Shown: positions 37,158 to 47,176, counted from the stretch's first letter. The stretch is 64,000 nucleotides of DNA from Candidatus Harrisonbacteria bacterium (GCA_023245035.1 JAHFLD010000001.1:719-64718); one strand, 5' to 3'. Notes: generated from the sequence alone by a model not told the origin. Numbers and translations are program-made.

Positions 37158-38866
37158 ATGAAGCTGTCAAAAACTTAATCGCTCCACCGGCCATTGAAGC
37201 CGAATTTAATCACCTAAAACTCGGCGATGGTTTCGCTAAAACGATTTTTGTCTTTACCTATCCGCGATATTTGACCACCGGCTGGTTCTCACCACTCTTA
37301 AACTTGCCAAACTTGATTGATATCTCGCTCCACATCAACCCCATCGAAACTCCAATCGCGCTAAAAAATCTCCGCAAAAAAGCGGCTGAAGTTGAAGCTC
37401 AAATCAACGAAAACGAATCCAAGGGCTTGGTTCGCAATCCGATGCTGGAAACCGCTCTGCGCGATATCGAAAATCTGCGGGACACTCTCCAACAGGCCGA
37501 AGAAAACCTCTTTAGTCTCGGTGTCTACATCACACTCTATGCCCCTGATCTCAAGACGCTAAACAATCTGGAAGAGCAAATCCAGGGCTTGCTCGAATCG
37601 CGCCTGGTCTACGCCAAACCCGCCGTCTTCCGCCAACTTGAAGGATTCACCTCGGTCTTGCCGCTGGGCATCGACCGGCTTCAAATCAAGACCCCAATGA
37701 ACTCCAGTCCAATCTCCTCCTTCTTCCCCTTTGTCTCCATCAACTTAACCTCGGAAGAAGGCATCCTCTACGGCGTCAATCGGCACAACAATACCCTTAT
37801 CATCTTTGATCGTTTCTCTTTGGAGAACGCCAACATGGTGATTTTCGCCAAATCCGGCGCCGGCAAATCTTACACCACCAAGTTGGAAACTCTACGCAAC
37901 TTAATGCTTGGCGTGGACGTGATTATTGTTGATCCGGAAAATGAATACGAACGCCTCGCCGAAGCGGTAGGCGGAAGTTTCTTTCGTATCTCGCTGGCCT
38001 CTGATCACCACATCAACCCCTTTGAGATACCGGCGGTGCCCGAAGACGAAAGCCGCGGTGACGCCTTGAAATCACACATTGTCGTTCTTACCGGCCTGCT
38101 TAAAATCATGCTTGGAAAGATTACCGCCGAAGAGGATGCCTTGCTCGACCGCGCGATTACCGAGACTTACGCCTCGCGGGAAATTACTCCGGAAAAAGAT
38201 TTTTCTAAAATCCCGCCGCCGCTTTTGGAGGACTTGGAAGCAGTACTCGCCAACATGAACGGAGGACGGGGGATTGCCGAACGCCTTTACCGCTTCACCA
38301 AGGGCAGTTTTGGCGGCTTTTTGAACCAACCAACCAACGTGGAAAGTCGCAATCGCCTCGTCGTCTTCTCTATTCGCGACCTGGAAGAAGAACTTCGCCC
38401 GATTGCCATGTATATTATTCTGAATTACATCTGGAATATCGTTCGCTCCGAACTCAAAAAGCGAATTATGATTATTGATGAGGCCTGGTGGATGATGAAA
38501 CACGAAGACGGCGCCCTCTTCCTCTTTGGTCTCGTAAAACGCGCCCGCAAATACTTCTTGGGAGTAACTACGGTCACCCAAGACGTGGAAGATTTTCTGC
38601 AATCGCCTTACGGTCGCCCGATTATAACCAACTCGTCGCTCCAGCTTCTGCTCAAGCAATCGCCAGCCATGATTGATGTTGTCAGCAAGACCTTTAACCT
38701 AACCGAGGGCGAAAAAAGCCTTTTATTGGAATCCGATGTCGGCAATGGATTATTTTTTGCCGGACTCAACCGCGTGGCCATTCAAATCATCGCCTCTTAT
38801 TTGGAAGACGAGATAATCACCACCAATCCGGAACAAATCCTGGAACAGCGCGCCGCCGCCAAATAA
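37154..38866 (+). CDS. VirB4/TraC-like conjugation-type ATPase
   Basis: Walker A AKSGAGKS, DPENEY, INPF, Walker B IIDEAW, RARKY, TQDVEDF. Confidence 0.88.
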   Translation: MNEAVKNLIAPPAIEAEFNHLKLGDGFAKTIFVFTYPRYLTTGWFSPLLNLPNLIDISLHINPIETPIALKNLRKKAAEVEAQINENESKGLVRNPMLETALRDIENLRDTLQQAEENLFSLGVYITLYAPDLKTLNNLEEQIQGLLESRLVYAKPAVFRQLEGFTSVLPLGIDRLQIKTPMNSSPISSFFPFVSINLTSEEGILYGVNRHNNTLIIFDRFSLENANMVIFAKSGAGKSYTTKLETLRNLMLGVDVIIVDPENEYERLAEAVGGSFFRISLASDHHINPFEIPAVPEDESRGDALKSHIVVLTGLLKIMLGKITAEEDALLDRAITETYASREITPEKDFSKIPPPLLEDLEAVLANMNGGRGIAERLYRFTKGSFGGFLNQPTNVESRNRLVVFSIRDLEEELRPIAMYIILNYIWNIVRSELKKRIMIIDEAWWMMKHEDGALFLFGLVKRARKYFLGVTTVTQDVEDFLQSPYGRPIITNSSLQLLLKQSPAMIDVVSKTFNLTEGEKSLLLESDVGNGLFFAGLNRVAIQIIASYLEDEIITTNPEQILEQRAAAK

Positions 38867-38869
38867 AAC

Positions 38870-39199
38870 ATGGAACCAAAAATCAGCGGAGTTGAGGCCA
38901 CACTGCTTATCATCGTCGCCGTTGTTGCCGATCTGATTGGCCTCATTCCCATCGTTAACATCATTGGTACCTTGATTAGTCTTGCCATAACCCAGGCCTA
39001 TTTTAGAATCAAAGGGGTCAAAGCCACCGCGAGCCTCGTCGCCCAGTTGATTGATTTAATCCCGGTCTTAAGCATCTTACCGGCAACCACAACCGGTGTC
39101 GCCATCGTCCTCTGGATCGACCGCCACCCAAAGGGTATTGCCGCCAAAACCACCAACCTTGCAAGCGCCATCAAAAAACCAACACCCACGCCTAAATAA
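38870..39199 (+). CDS. Small membrane protein
   Basis: Hydrophobic, repeated LIP(I/V) motif. Confidence 0.7.
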   Translation: MEPKISGVEATLLIIVAVVADLIGLIPIVNIIGTLISLAITQAYFRIKGVKATASLVAQLIDLIPVLSILPATTTGVAIVLWIDRHPKGIAAKTTNLASAIKKPTPTPK

Positions 39200-39200
39200 T

Positions 39201-40058
39201 ATGAAATCTTTTGCAAAATATTCCATCATTTTTACCGCCTTAATAATAAGCATCACCCTGCGCCCTGCGCTCTCCTTGGCTCAAAACGCCAGCGATGCCA
39301 AACTCAACGTTCCAATTCCCGGCCTGGAAGACGTCAAAGTTGGCGTGAGTAACAGCACCGATAATTCCGGCAACAAGGCGCCCGATCTTGAGGGAATAAA
39401 AAAATATTTGAACGCGATCTACCGCTACGGCCTGGGCTTGGGAGCGCTAATGGCAATTCTGCGCATCGCCTATGCCGCCATTAAGTACTCAACCTCGGGA
39501 GGAAACAGCGGCTCTCAAGGCGAGGCGATGGAAATTATTAAAGACTCGCTGTGGGGGCTGGGATTGCTCTTACTCGCCACGCTTATTTTAAACGTCATCA
39601 ACCCCAAGGTTTTTACCCTGGACTCGGGTAGCGGAGGTAATGCGGGCTCTAGAAATAACTCGGGCAACACCAGCAACCAACCGCCGTCACCACCGCCAGC
39701 ACCACCCCTGCAAGCCGTTAGTGGCAGTCAAAGCGGACCAGTACCCACAGATTTCTCTGGTGCCCCAGGAAATCTAGTCAATGCGCCAGGCGTCGATCCA
39801 AATAAGTTTTATTTCTCTTGGAAAGACAACGCCAGTAATGAAACTAAATATGAAGTATATGAAATAACAGAAAATCCAACCGCCCCTTTGGGAATCTACG
39901 AAACAAAAATCGGAGAAGCTGGGCCTCAAAATGGGGGTAATGTTTTAGTTGGAACATCACTAACTAGCACCCCGGGAACAGCAAGAAGATTTGTCGTATA
40001 TGCTTACGGCCCAGATGGTCAAAGAGTAAATTCTCAACCACTCGAGATTAGCTACTAA
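39201..40058 (+). CDS. TrbC/VirB2 pilin-like N-terminal domain fused to FN3-like domain
   Basis: Signal peptide, GALMAILRIAYAAIKYSTSGGN..AMEIIKDSLWGLGLLL..ILNVINP; Pro/Ser linker; FSWKDNASNETKYEVY. Confidence 0.65.
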   Translation: MKSFAKYSIIFTALIISITLRPALSLAQNASDAKLNVPIPGLEDVKVGVSNSTDNSGNKAPDLEGIKKYLNAIYRYGLGLGALMAILRIAYAAIKYSTSGGNSGSQGEAMEIIKDSLWGLGLLLLATLILNVINPKVFTLDSGSGGNAGSRNNSGNTSNQPPSPPPAPPLQAVSGSQSGPVPTDFSGAPGNLVNAPGVDPNKFYFSWKDNASNETKYEVYEITENPTAPLGIYETKIGEAGPQNGGNVLVGTSLTSTPGTARRFVVYAYGPDGQRVNSQPLEISY

Positions 40059-40486
40059 GCGATCGGTTTTATAATCACGCACCGTTCTCGGCCCTCGCCC
40101 AAACTCTCCGTTTTCACCTCCGGATGAATGGAAAGTTCAACATGAACCAACCGGCGTTCGTAGGCATTCATTGCCGGCAAATGCACCGGCGCCTTGCCGG
40201 CCAACGCCTTGCGCGCCGCCGCCTTGGCCAAGTCAACAATAATTCGCTCGCGCTCCTTGCGATAGTTGTTAACGTCTACAAAAAAAGTTCCGACGTCTAA
40301 TTTTTTAGCGATAAGACGCACCAAGTGATCAAGATCGTGCACAACCTCCGGCAAGTGCTTCTTAAACCAATCGCTTTCATTGGCAAAAACGCTCACCTTG
40401 CGGGCTTCCAGATCAAAATCAACCGCCGGCTCAACGAGCCCGAGTAATTCAACGAATTTCTTGACCTGCTCCTGAAAGGTTTCCAT
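40055..40486 (-). CDS. Jag/KhpB-like R3H domain protein
   Basis: VDVNNYRKER, MNAYERRLVH, TESLGEG; downstream of yidC. Confidence 0.85.
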   Translation of the reverse strand: METFQEQVKKFVELLGLVEPAVDFDLEARKVSVFANESDWFKKHLPEVVHDLDHLVRLIAKKLDVGTFFVDVNNYRKERERIIVDLAKAAARKALAGKAPVHLPAMNAYERRLVHVELSIHPEVKTESLGEGRERCVIIKPIA

Positions 40487-41183
40487 GGGGTTTTAAATCA
40501 AGTGATCGAGTAACAATGAATTGCTGGAAGATCGAAAACAGCGAAGTAACAACCCAATAAAATCCGATAGCCGCTGGAAGCTTCAATAAAATAAAAAAGG
40601 TAATCAATGGGCCGATAAAAAGCATCTGCTTACCCATGGCCGTGGCTGGAGTAGAAGCACTCTGCTTGGGCAAGGCCGCCTTGGCCTGAAAATATTGAGC
40701 AACCACCGCTAGAACCAGAACTATCATACTGGGCTTTGTAAGATCAATCAAGCCAAAAAAACTCGCCTGAATCGGCGATACGGGGGCAATAAAGGAATAA
40801 AGGCTCTTTAGCGAAGCGGTGGCGGTAAAATCATTCAAGAAAACCCGATAAAGAGCGATCAACACCGGCAACTGCAAAATCAACAAGAAAATTCCGGAAA
40901 ACGGATTAAACTTGTGCTCTTTGTACAACTCCATCAATTTCGCCGCTTGCTGGTGTTTATCGTCCTTGTGGGTCTCCTGAATTTTCTTAATATGCGGTTG
41001 CAATCTCTGCATCACCAATTGATTTTTGAAACTCTTATAAAAGAGCGGATACAAGACAAAACGAATCAAAAGCGTCAGCAATATAATAGCCAAACCAAGA
41101 TCGCGAAAAGCCACCGTGTTGTACAAAAACACCAAGGCGTTGAAAAGGGGGCGGTATAAAACCTCGGTAAAGAAAGTTTTCAT
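40449..41183 (-). CDS. yidC: Membrane protein insertase YidC (short form)
   Basis: AIILLTLLIRFVLYPL, LQPHIKKIQE, NPFSG..LQLPV, YWVVTSLFSIFQQ. Confidence 0.93.
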   Translation of the reverse strand: MKTFFTEVLYRPLFNALVFLYNTVAFRDLGLAIILLTLLIRFVLYPLFYKSFKNQLVMQRLQPHIKKIQETHKDDKHQQAAKLMELYKEHKFNPFSGIFLLILQLPVLIALYRVFLNDFTATASLKSLYSFIAPVSPIQASFFGLIDLTKPSMIVLVLAVVAQYFQAKAALPKQSASTPATAMGKQMLFIGPLITFFILLKLPAAIGFYWVVTSLFSIFQQFIVTRSLDLKPHGNLSGAGQEIR

Positions 41184-41509
41184 ATATGGGGTAGGTAATG
41201 GGTTAAATCCCGCGCCAATCGCTCTCGCAGTTCGGCAGAACTGGGCCCGCTCGCGGGTGGCAAAAGTGTTAGCACTATATCACAAGGAGCGATCTTTGAA
41301 TAAATCAGTCGGGCCGCTCCAAAGAAAACTCTCTTTAGGCGATTTCGCTCTACGGCGGTAGCAAAAGATTTTTTTGGGGTCACCACTCCAAAACGGGGAT
41401 AACCAACGGTGGTGGAAAAAACCTTAAAAATCGCGTATTCCAACCTAATCACTTGCCCTCGCCGGCTCAAAAACTCCCCAACCCGAAGTCGTTGGGCTTT
41501 AGCCAACAT
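41180..41509 (-). CDS. rnpA: RNase P protein component
   Basis: MLAKAQRL, RFGVV..KK..AVERNRLKR; between rpmH and yidC. Confidence 0.9.
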   Translation of the reverse strand: MLAKAQRLRVGEFLSRRGQVIRLEYAIFKVFSTTVGYPRFGVVTPKKSFATAVERNRLKRVFFGAARLIYSKIAPCDIVLTLLPPASGPSSAELRERLARDLTHYLPHI

Positions 41510-41514
41510 TAAAC

Positions 41515-41649
41515 TTATACGGTTAGCCGCTTCCGACCCTTGGCGCGGCGGCGACTCAAGACCTTTCGCCCGTTAGCGGTGCGATTTCTCCTCAAAAAAC
41601 CATGAGTTCTGGCTCGCTTTCTCTTCTTCGGCTGATAGGTTTGCGACAT
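41515..41649 (-). CDS. rpmH: 50S ribosomal protein L34 (absent from ORF track)
   Basis: [44 protein letters not shown]. Confidence 0.97.
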   Translation of the reverse strand: MSQTYQPKKRKRARTHGFLRRNRTANGRKVLSRRRAKGRKRLTV

Positions 41650-41823
41650 GGGGATTATGGTAGCAGACACCAGCCTCTCACGCAAGTCAAAAGTTCCTTA
41701 ACTAAATTAAAAAATGAGTTCTCCACAGGTAATGCACAGCTTTCACCCAAAAGCTTCTTTGACTCGCTTGTGGGTAAGCATACAATGGATAAAGATTAGC
41801 CGATTTAATTTGTATTCATCATT

Positions 41824-43197
41824 ATGGAGTTCGACCAACTATGGCAGTCGGCTCTTGGAGAAATAGAACTCCAAGTTTCGCGCCCAAATTTTGTGACCTG
41901 GTTTAAAAATAGCAAGCTCATCGACAAAAAAGAGGGGACGGCGCTTATTGGTCTGCCCAACAACTTTGCCAAAGAGTGGGTGGAGAACAAATACAACAAG
42001 GTAATCCTTGGGACCTTGCGTGGCATGGATGACAGCACTAAAAAAGTGGAATTTGTCGTCTACAACGAGCGTACCGCTCAAAAACCGACCATCAAATCCG
42101 GAACTAAAGTTGCTATCAATAAAAACGATGATTTTGGCCAGCTATCTTTTAGTGAGTTTAAAGTTGATCAAGTCACCAATCTAAATTCTAAATACACCCT
42201 AAGCTCCTATGTTGTCGGCAAAAGCAACGAGATGGCCTACGCGGCGGCCATGGCGGTAATTGATTCGGTGGGAAACAAATACAACCCCTTATTTATCTAC
42301 GGCGGAGTCGGCTTGGGCAAAACCCATCTTATGCAAGGCATGGGTAATGAGGTAGCTCTAAAATACGGGGGCAAAATCAGAGTGAAATACGTCTCTTCGG
42401 AAAAATTCACCAACGACGTCGTTTGGGCTATTAGAAACAAGCGCATGGAAACAGTTAAAGAAAAATATCGCCTCATTGATATGTTGATTATCGACGACAT
42501 TCAATTCATTGCCGGCAAACCCAGCACCGAAGAAGAATTTTTTCACACCTTTAACGCCCTCCATGAAAACAACAAGCAAATTATCATCTCCTCCGATCGC
42601 CCGCCAAAGTTCATTCCAACCCTCGAGGAGCGCCTCCGCTCGCGTTTTGAGGGTGGAATGGTGGTTGACATCGGGGTACCCGATTACGAACTGCGCTTGG
42701 CTATTATTCGATCCAAGCTCCAAGACAAAAAGGCTGTTTTAAGCGATGAGATCATTGACTTAGTAGCCAACAAGATTCAAAAAAACTTCCGTGAAGTTGA
42801 GGGTATCATCAATAAAATACTCTTCTACCAAAGCCGAAAAAATGGCGAGATAACCGCTAAAAACGTTGAGGAAATTATTAGCGAATCCAGTCAGGAACCC
42901 ACCAAAAACATCAACCCTAACCTGATTATTAAAGCCGTAGCTGAATTCTCCGAAATAGCGCCATTGGACCTGCTCAACAAATCTCGCAAAAAAGAAGTGG
43001 CCGAAGCCCGACAAATCCTGATGTATCTTCTGCGGGAGATGCTTCAGCTATCCTATCCTCACATAGGCCGAAGAATCGGCAAACGCGATCATACCACCGC
43101 CATTTATGCTTATGAAAAAATTGCCAGGGAAATCCAAAAAAATCCGGCCCTTAACCAAAAAATTCTTATTATCAAAGAATTAATCAGCAAGGGTTAG
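41824..43197 (+). CDS. dnaA: Chromosomal replication initiator DnaA
   Basis: YNPLFIYGGVGLGKTHL, IDDIQF, RLRSRF, RDHTT. Confidence 0.98.
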   Translation: MEFDQLWQSALGEIELQVSRPNFVTWFKNSKLIDKKEGTALIGLPNNFAKEWVENKYNKVILGTLRGMDDSTKKVEFVVYNERTAQKPTIKSGTKVAINKNDDFGQLSFSEFKVDQVTNLNSKYTLSSYVVGKSNEMAYAAAMAVIDSVGNKYNPLFIYGGVGLGKTHLMQGMGNEVALKYGGKIRVKYVSSEKFTNDVVWAIRNKRMETVKEKYRLIDMLIIDDIQFIAGKPSTEEEFFHTFNALHENNKQIIISSDRPPKFIPTLEERLRSRFEGGMVVDIGVPDYELRLAIIRSKLQDKKAVLSDEIIDLVANKIQKNFREVEGIINKILFYQSRKNGEITAKNVEEIISESSQEPTKNINPNLIIKAVAEFSEIAPLDLLNKSRKKEVAEARQILMYLLREMLQLSYPHIGRRIGKRDHTTAIYAYEKIAREIQKNPALNQKILIIKELISKG

Positions 43198-43411
43198 TGG
43201 TGTGAATAACCGGTTAAGAAAGACTTGATATTTTGTGGAAATAAAAATTAAATTTAAAAAATAGAAACTTCTAAACACCCTAATCAACAATTCAACCGAA
43301 GTTTTGCACAATCAAAAAAAATTAAAATAAAAAAATAACCCTTATAGATTAAGTCTTAAATAAAGATTAAACTAACTTATCCACTTTTCCCCAGTTACTA
43401 CTACTACTGCT
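43198..43411. other. Probable oriC (DnaA boxes, AT-rich tract, DnaA-trios)
   Basis: TGTGAATAA 43201-43209, TTATCCACT 43377-43385 followed by TACTACTACTAC; very AT-rich; more box-like sites at 41719-41777. Confidence 0.8.
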
Positions 43412-44527
43412 ATGAATCTAATCATATTAAAAGATAATCTAAGAGAAGGGCTTAACACTCTTGAAAGAGCCGTGGCGGAAAGTAATACTCTGCCGATTCT
43501 CAAAAATATTTTAATTCAAACCGAAGCCGGAAAAGTTAAACTCTCGGCTACTAATTTGGAAATCGGAGTAACTAACCTTTTATTCGGAAAAATATCCGAA
43601 GAGGGAAGTGTTACGGTTCCCTTTCAGGCCTTGTATAGCATTATTGTGAATAGCGACACCGAAAGAATTAACTTAATTTCTTCAGGAACAACCCTAATAG
43701 TTAAAGGTGAAAATTACGAAGCCAAAATTCAAGGATTAAATCCGGAAGAGTTCCCAATAATTCCCAAAATAAACAATGAAACCAATAGTATTGAAATCGA
43801 TCCTGGTTCGTTTAAATCGGGCTTAAGTGATGTTTCTATCGCCGCTCACATCTCCGAGATCCGCCCGGAGATAAGCGGCATTCTCTTTGATTTTCAGATT
43901 GGTATTATAAAATTAGTAGCTACTGATAGTTTTCGTCTCGCCGAAAAAACCATTGATCACACTAAATTCAAAACCAATTTTAACCAAGGTTTTAAAACAA
44001 TTATTCCTCTTAAAACCATTCAAGAGATAATGCGGATTTTCAGCGACACCAAGCCGATTAAAATATATTTTGATAATCACCAAATACTCATAAAAAACGA
44101 AACCACCGAGCTGATTTCGCGAATTATTGAGGGGAATTATCCGGATTACGAACAAATTATTCCAAAAAACATCGAAACCGAAATTACCGTTAAAAGAGAG
44201 AATCTGGTTAACGCCTTAAAACTAGTCAGCACTTTCTCTAGTAAAACCAATGATGTTCGCCTTAAAATCACCGAAAATAGTAAGGCGATGGAATTGTATT
44301 CCATAAATCAAAGCCTTGGTGAAAATAATTATCTAATACCAATTAAAAGCAAGGGAGCGGATAATAAAAGCCTTAGCTTTAACTGGCGTTACTTATTAGA
44401 CGGCTTGAAAGCTATTAAAACCGAAGATATCTTTTTCGGCATTAACAGTAACAACCGCCCGGCGCTTCTAAAGTCACCCGAGAGCCGCGATTATTTCTAT
44501 ATTTTAATGCCAATCAAGGGAGATTAA
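43412..44527 (+). CDS. dnaN: DNA polymerase III beta clamp
   Basis: LPILKNILI, ATNLE, ATDSFRLA, GNYPDYEQIIP, ILMPI. Confidence 0.97.
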   Translation: MNLIILKDNLREGLNTLERAVAESNTLPILKNILIQTEAGKVKLSATNLEIGVTNLLFGKISEEGSVTVPFQALYSIIVNSDTERINLISSGTTLIVKGENYEAKIQGLNPEEFPIIPKINNETNSIEIDPGSFKSGLSDVSIAAHISEIRPEISGILFDFQIGIIKLVATDSFRLAEKTIDHTKFKTNFNQGFKTIIPLKTIQEIMRIFSDTKPIKIYFDNHQILIKNETTELISRIIEGNYPDYEQIIPKNIETEITVKRENLVNALKLVSTFSSKTNDVRLKITENSKAMELYSINQSLGENNYLIPIKSKGADNKSLSFNWRYLLDGLKAIKTEDIFFGINSNNRPALLKSPESRDYFYILMPIKGD

Positions 44528-44544
44528 TCTTATATGCGCAACAT

Positions 44545-44649
44545 AAGAAAACCCCGGCCGTTTTAGGCCGGTGATGAAGCGCATATAACCCCGAACGTAG
44601 TCGAGGGGTATTCCAAGGAGGCCACGGCCGTAAGGCCGTGGAGGTTCAC
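44545..44649 (+). mobile_element. Putative minimal non-autonomous IS200/IS605-type element (PATE-like)
   Basis: Two subterminal hairpins CCGGCC.GGCCGG and CCACGGCC.GGCCGTGG, ending GAGGTTCAC; no ORF. Confidence 0.5.
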
Positions 44650-47075
44650 TATTTGTAGATAATCACTTCTCGAGTAAAACGTCCGCCACTCTTATCATAA
44701 GCGTTGATTGTGAGCGTGTTTTGTGTGAGAGGCGAAGGAGGAGTAAAGAATAATTGGTAACGGGTATCGTCTGCCGCAAAAATGTTTCGAGTCGCGATAA
44801 GTACGCCGTTAAAGGCCACGTCAATTCGACTAAGCGCCAAAGGATCGGCCAACTCAATGGCAATCTCAAAAGGAGCTGAACCAATAAAAGCGCCCTGTGT
44901 TGGTTTGGTTAAAGTTATAAAATCCTTTTTCCGAGTCGTGACGAGTTGACTCTGGATTAGCGAAGCCGCGGGCGGAATTGGTTGGTTGTAAATCGACGCG
45001 GTTGAAGTTGAAAACCCCGGAATATTTCTACCGGCCCACAAAAGCACGCCCTCTTCCCAATGGCTAAATTGCGAATCCTCGGCCGGATCAACTGGAGAGA
45101 TATCAAGCGGATTCTTGGCGTGAATGTAGTAAAGAATAGAGTGAATCTGTGGATATTGTTTGACTCCATCGGAATAAACCGCGATCGAAGATCCGTTAAG
45201 CATCGGCTTTGGAATCGAAACCGGATCTGGCTTCTGGAAGGCCGCTGATTCGGTGCGGGGCAGGGCCGCCGCTAAAAACTGATGCCAGATTGGAACCGCC
45301 GCCAAAATACTCCCGCCTTTTTTCTGCATTGGTTGATTGTCGTTGTTTCCCGCCCAAACGCCGACCGCTAGTCGGGGAGTATAACCCAGCGCCCAAGCGT
45401 CACGGTAATCATTGGTCGTTCCAGTTTTGAGCGCGACCTCGTATCCGGAAAAAACGGTTTGAGCAAAGCTGTTTTGAAACAACGGCCTTCGCGCTTCCGG
45501 ATCGGATAAAATATCGTTAATCATTCTGGCATATTGAGGTTCAATTACCGTCGTGGAATTATCGCGGTATTTTTCCAAAACAGTTTCTCCATCCCGCACC
45601 TCAAGAATCATTGTTTGTTTATGAAAATTTCCATCCTGGGAGAAGACGGCATAGGCGTTGACCAACTCCGCCAACTTCACCTCGCCGCCGCCAAGAACCA
45701 AAGACAACCCGTATCGATTGCGATCATTGAGTGTTGTGATGCCGAATTTTTTAAGCGTGGCGAGCGTCTGATCGATCCCTGCTAAATATAAGGTTTTTAC
45801 CGACGAAACGTTGATTGACTGAGCCAAACTATCCCTCATTGTGATTGGTCCGCGAAAGGTATCGTCATAATTATGCGGGCGATAACTCCGCTCGGGATCG
45901 CCCGTGGTATCAAATTCCGTTTCCGCGTCAAAAAGAACGGTGTCCGATGGATAACCGCGCTCAAAAGCAGTCACATAAGCAAATGGTTTAATGGACGATC
46001 CCGGCTGGCGCAAACCTTGAGTCGCCACGTTAAAATTACCCTCATTCTCGGTGTCAAAATAATCCCGCGAGCCAACCATGGCCAGAACCTGCCCCGTAGT
46101 CGGGTCTTCGGCAACCAAGGCGGCGTTCTTTCCCTTGTAGAGTTCCTCATTTCGCGTGGCCCCCTCGGTTACCGCCTTCTCGGCAATTTGTTGCAGCTCC
46201 CAATCAAGCGTTGTCGTAACCCGAAGCCCAGCCGTTCTTACAAAATCTTCTCCATAAATACTGGCCAAGTAATCTTGAACCGCGATAACAAAATGAGGAG
46301 CCTTAATCCCCGTAAGTTGCGGCACAAAGTTCAGCGACTGTTTTTGCGCGACGTCTCGAGCCGAAGCTGTAATAAAACCCTCCCGGTACATCCGCTCTAG
46401 TGCCAAATTTTTGCGTGCCAAAAGTTCGTCTAGATGTCCGCCCCATGGCGAATAACGAGTTGGGGCCTTAGCGACCGCGGCCAACGTTGCCGCCTCTGGC
46501 AAAGAAAGGTCTTTGGCTGATTTTCCAAAAAAAGCCTGGCTTGCCGCCTCGGCGCCATATGCGTTCGCGCCATAGGGAATGTAATTCAGATATAAATTTA
46601 AAATTTCATCCTTGGTAAAACGCCTCTCCAATTGAAAGGCCAGCAAGAGCTCCTTAATCTTACGGGTTAAGGTTCTCTCCGGGCTAAGAAAGGCGTTTTT
46701 GGCCAACTGCTGGGTTATGGTGGAGCCACCCTGTACTGCGCCGCGGTTCCGAATATCAACCCAAAAAGCGCGCAACAAGGATTTTGGCTCAAACGCGGCG
46801 TGCGTATAAAAATTCGCGTCCTCTAGCGCAATCGTTGCTTGTTTCAAAAAAAGCGGAATCGAATCAAACGGAATAGTCGTCCTCTTTTCTTCGCCGTGAA
46901 TTTCATAAAGCAGCACATTTCCGGTCCGGTCATAAATCTTAGTTGACTGGGGAATGCGCTGGGCGGCAATAAGTTGGGGAGAGGGCAACGACCGGGCGAT
47001 ATAAAAAACCAATAAAATCCCGGCCAAACCAACGGCCAGCGCCAAAAAAAAGAACCAGGCAAAAAACCTTTTCAT
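44649..47075 (-). CDS. Class A penicillin-binding protein (transglycosylase/transpeptidase)
   Basis: EDANFY, GGSTITQQLAKN, RKIKE, RQPGSSIKPF, SIN, KTGT. Confidence 0.93.
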   Translation of the reverse strand: MKRFFAWFFFLALAVGLAGILLVFYIARSLPSPQLIAAQRIPQSTKIYDRTGNVLLYEIHGEEKRTTIPFDSIPLFLKQATIALEDANFYTHAAFEPKSLLRAFWVDIRNRGAVQGGSTITQQLAKNAFLSPERTLTRKIKELLLAFQLERRFTKDEILNLYLNYIPYGANAYGAEAASQAFFGKSAKDLSLPEAATLAAVAKAPTRYSPWGGHLDELLARKNLALERMYREGFITASARDVAQKQSLNFVPQLTGIKAPHFVIAVQDYLASIYGEDFVRTAGLRVTTTLDWELQQIAEKAVTEGATRNEELYKGKNAALVAEDPTTGQVLAMVGSRDYFDTENEGNFNVATQGLRQPGSSIKPFAYVTAFERGYPSDTVLFDAETEFDTTGDPERSYRPHNYDDTFRGPITMRDSLAQSINVSSVKTLYLAGIDQTLATLKKFGITTLNDRNRYGLSLVLGGGEVKLAELVNAYAVFSQDGNFHKQTMILEVRDGETVLEKYRDNSTTVIEPQYARMINDILSDPEARRPLFQNSFAQTVFSGYEVALKTGTTNDYRDAWALGYTPRLAVGVWAGNNDNQPMQKKGGSILAAVPIWHQFLAAALPRTESAAFQKPDPVSIPKPMLNGSSIAVYSDGVKQYPQIHSILYYIHAKNPLDISPVDPAEDSQFSHWEEGVLLWAGRNIPGFSTSTASIYNQPIPPAASLIQSQLVTTRKKDFITLTKPTQGAFIGSAPFEIAIELADPLALSRIDVAFNGVLIATRNIFAADDTRYQLFFTPPSPLTQNTLTINAYDKSGGRFTREVIIYK

Positions 47076-47176
47076 GTCTTGCCATTATAAAGGAAGCGGG
47101 GTCTAAAATCAAAAATCCGCCACTCTTCTCTGTGAAGGCGGCGGATTTTCACTCACAACTAAAATCAAAACCAAGT

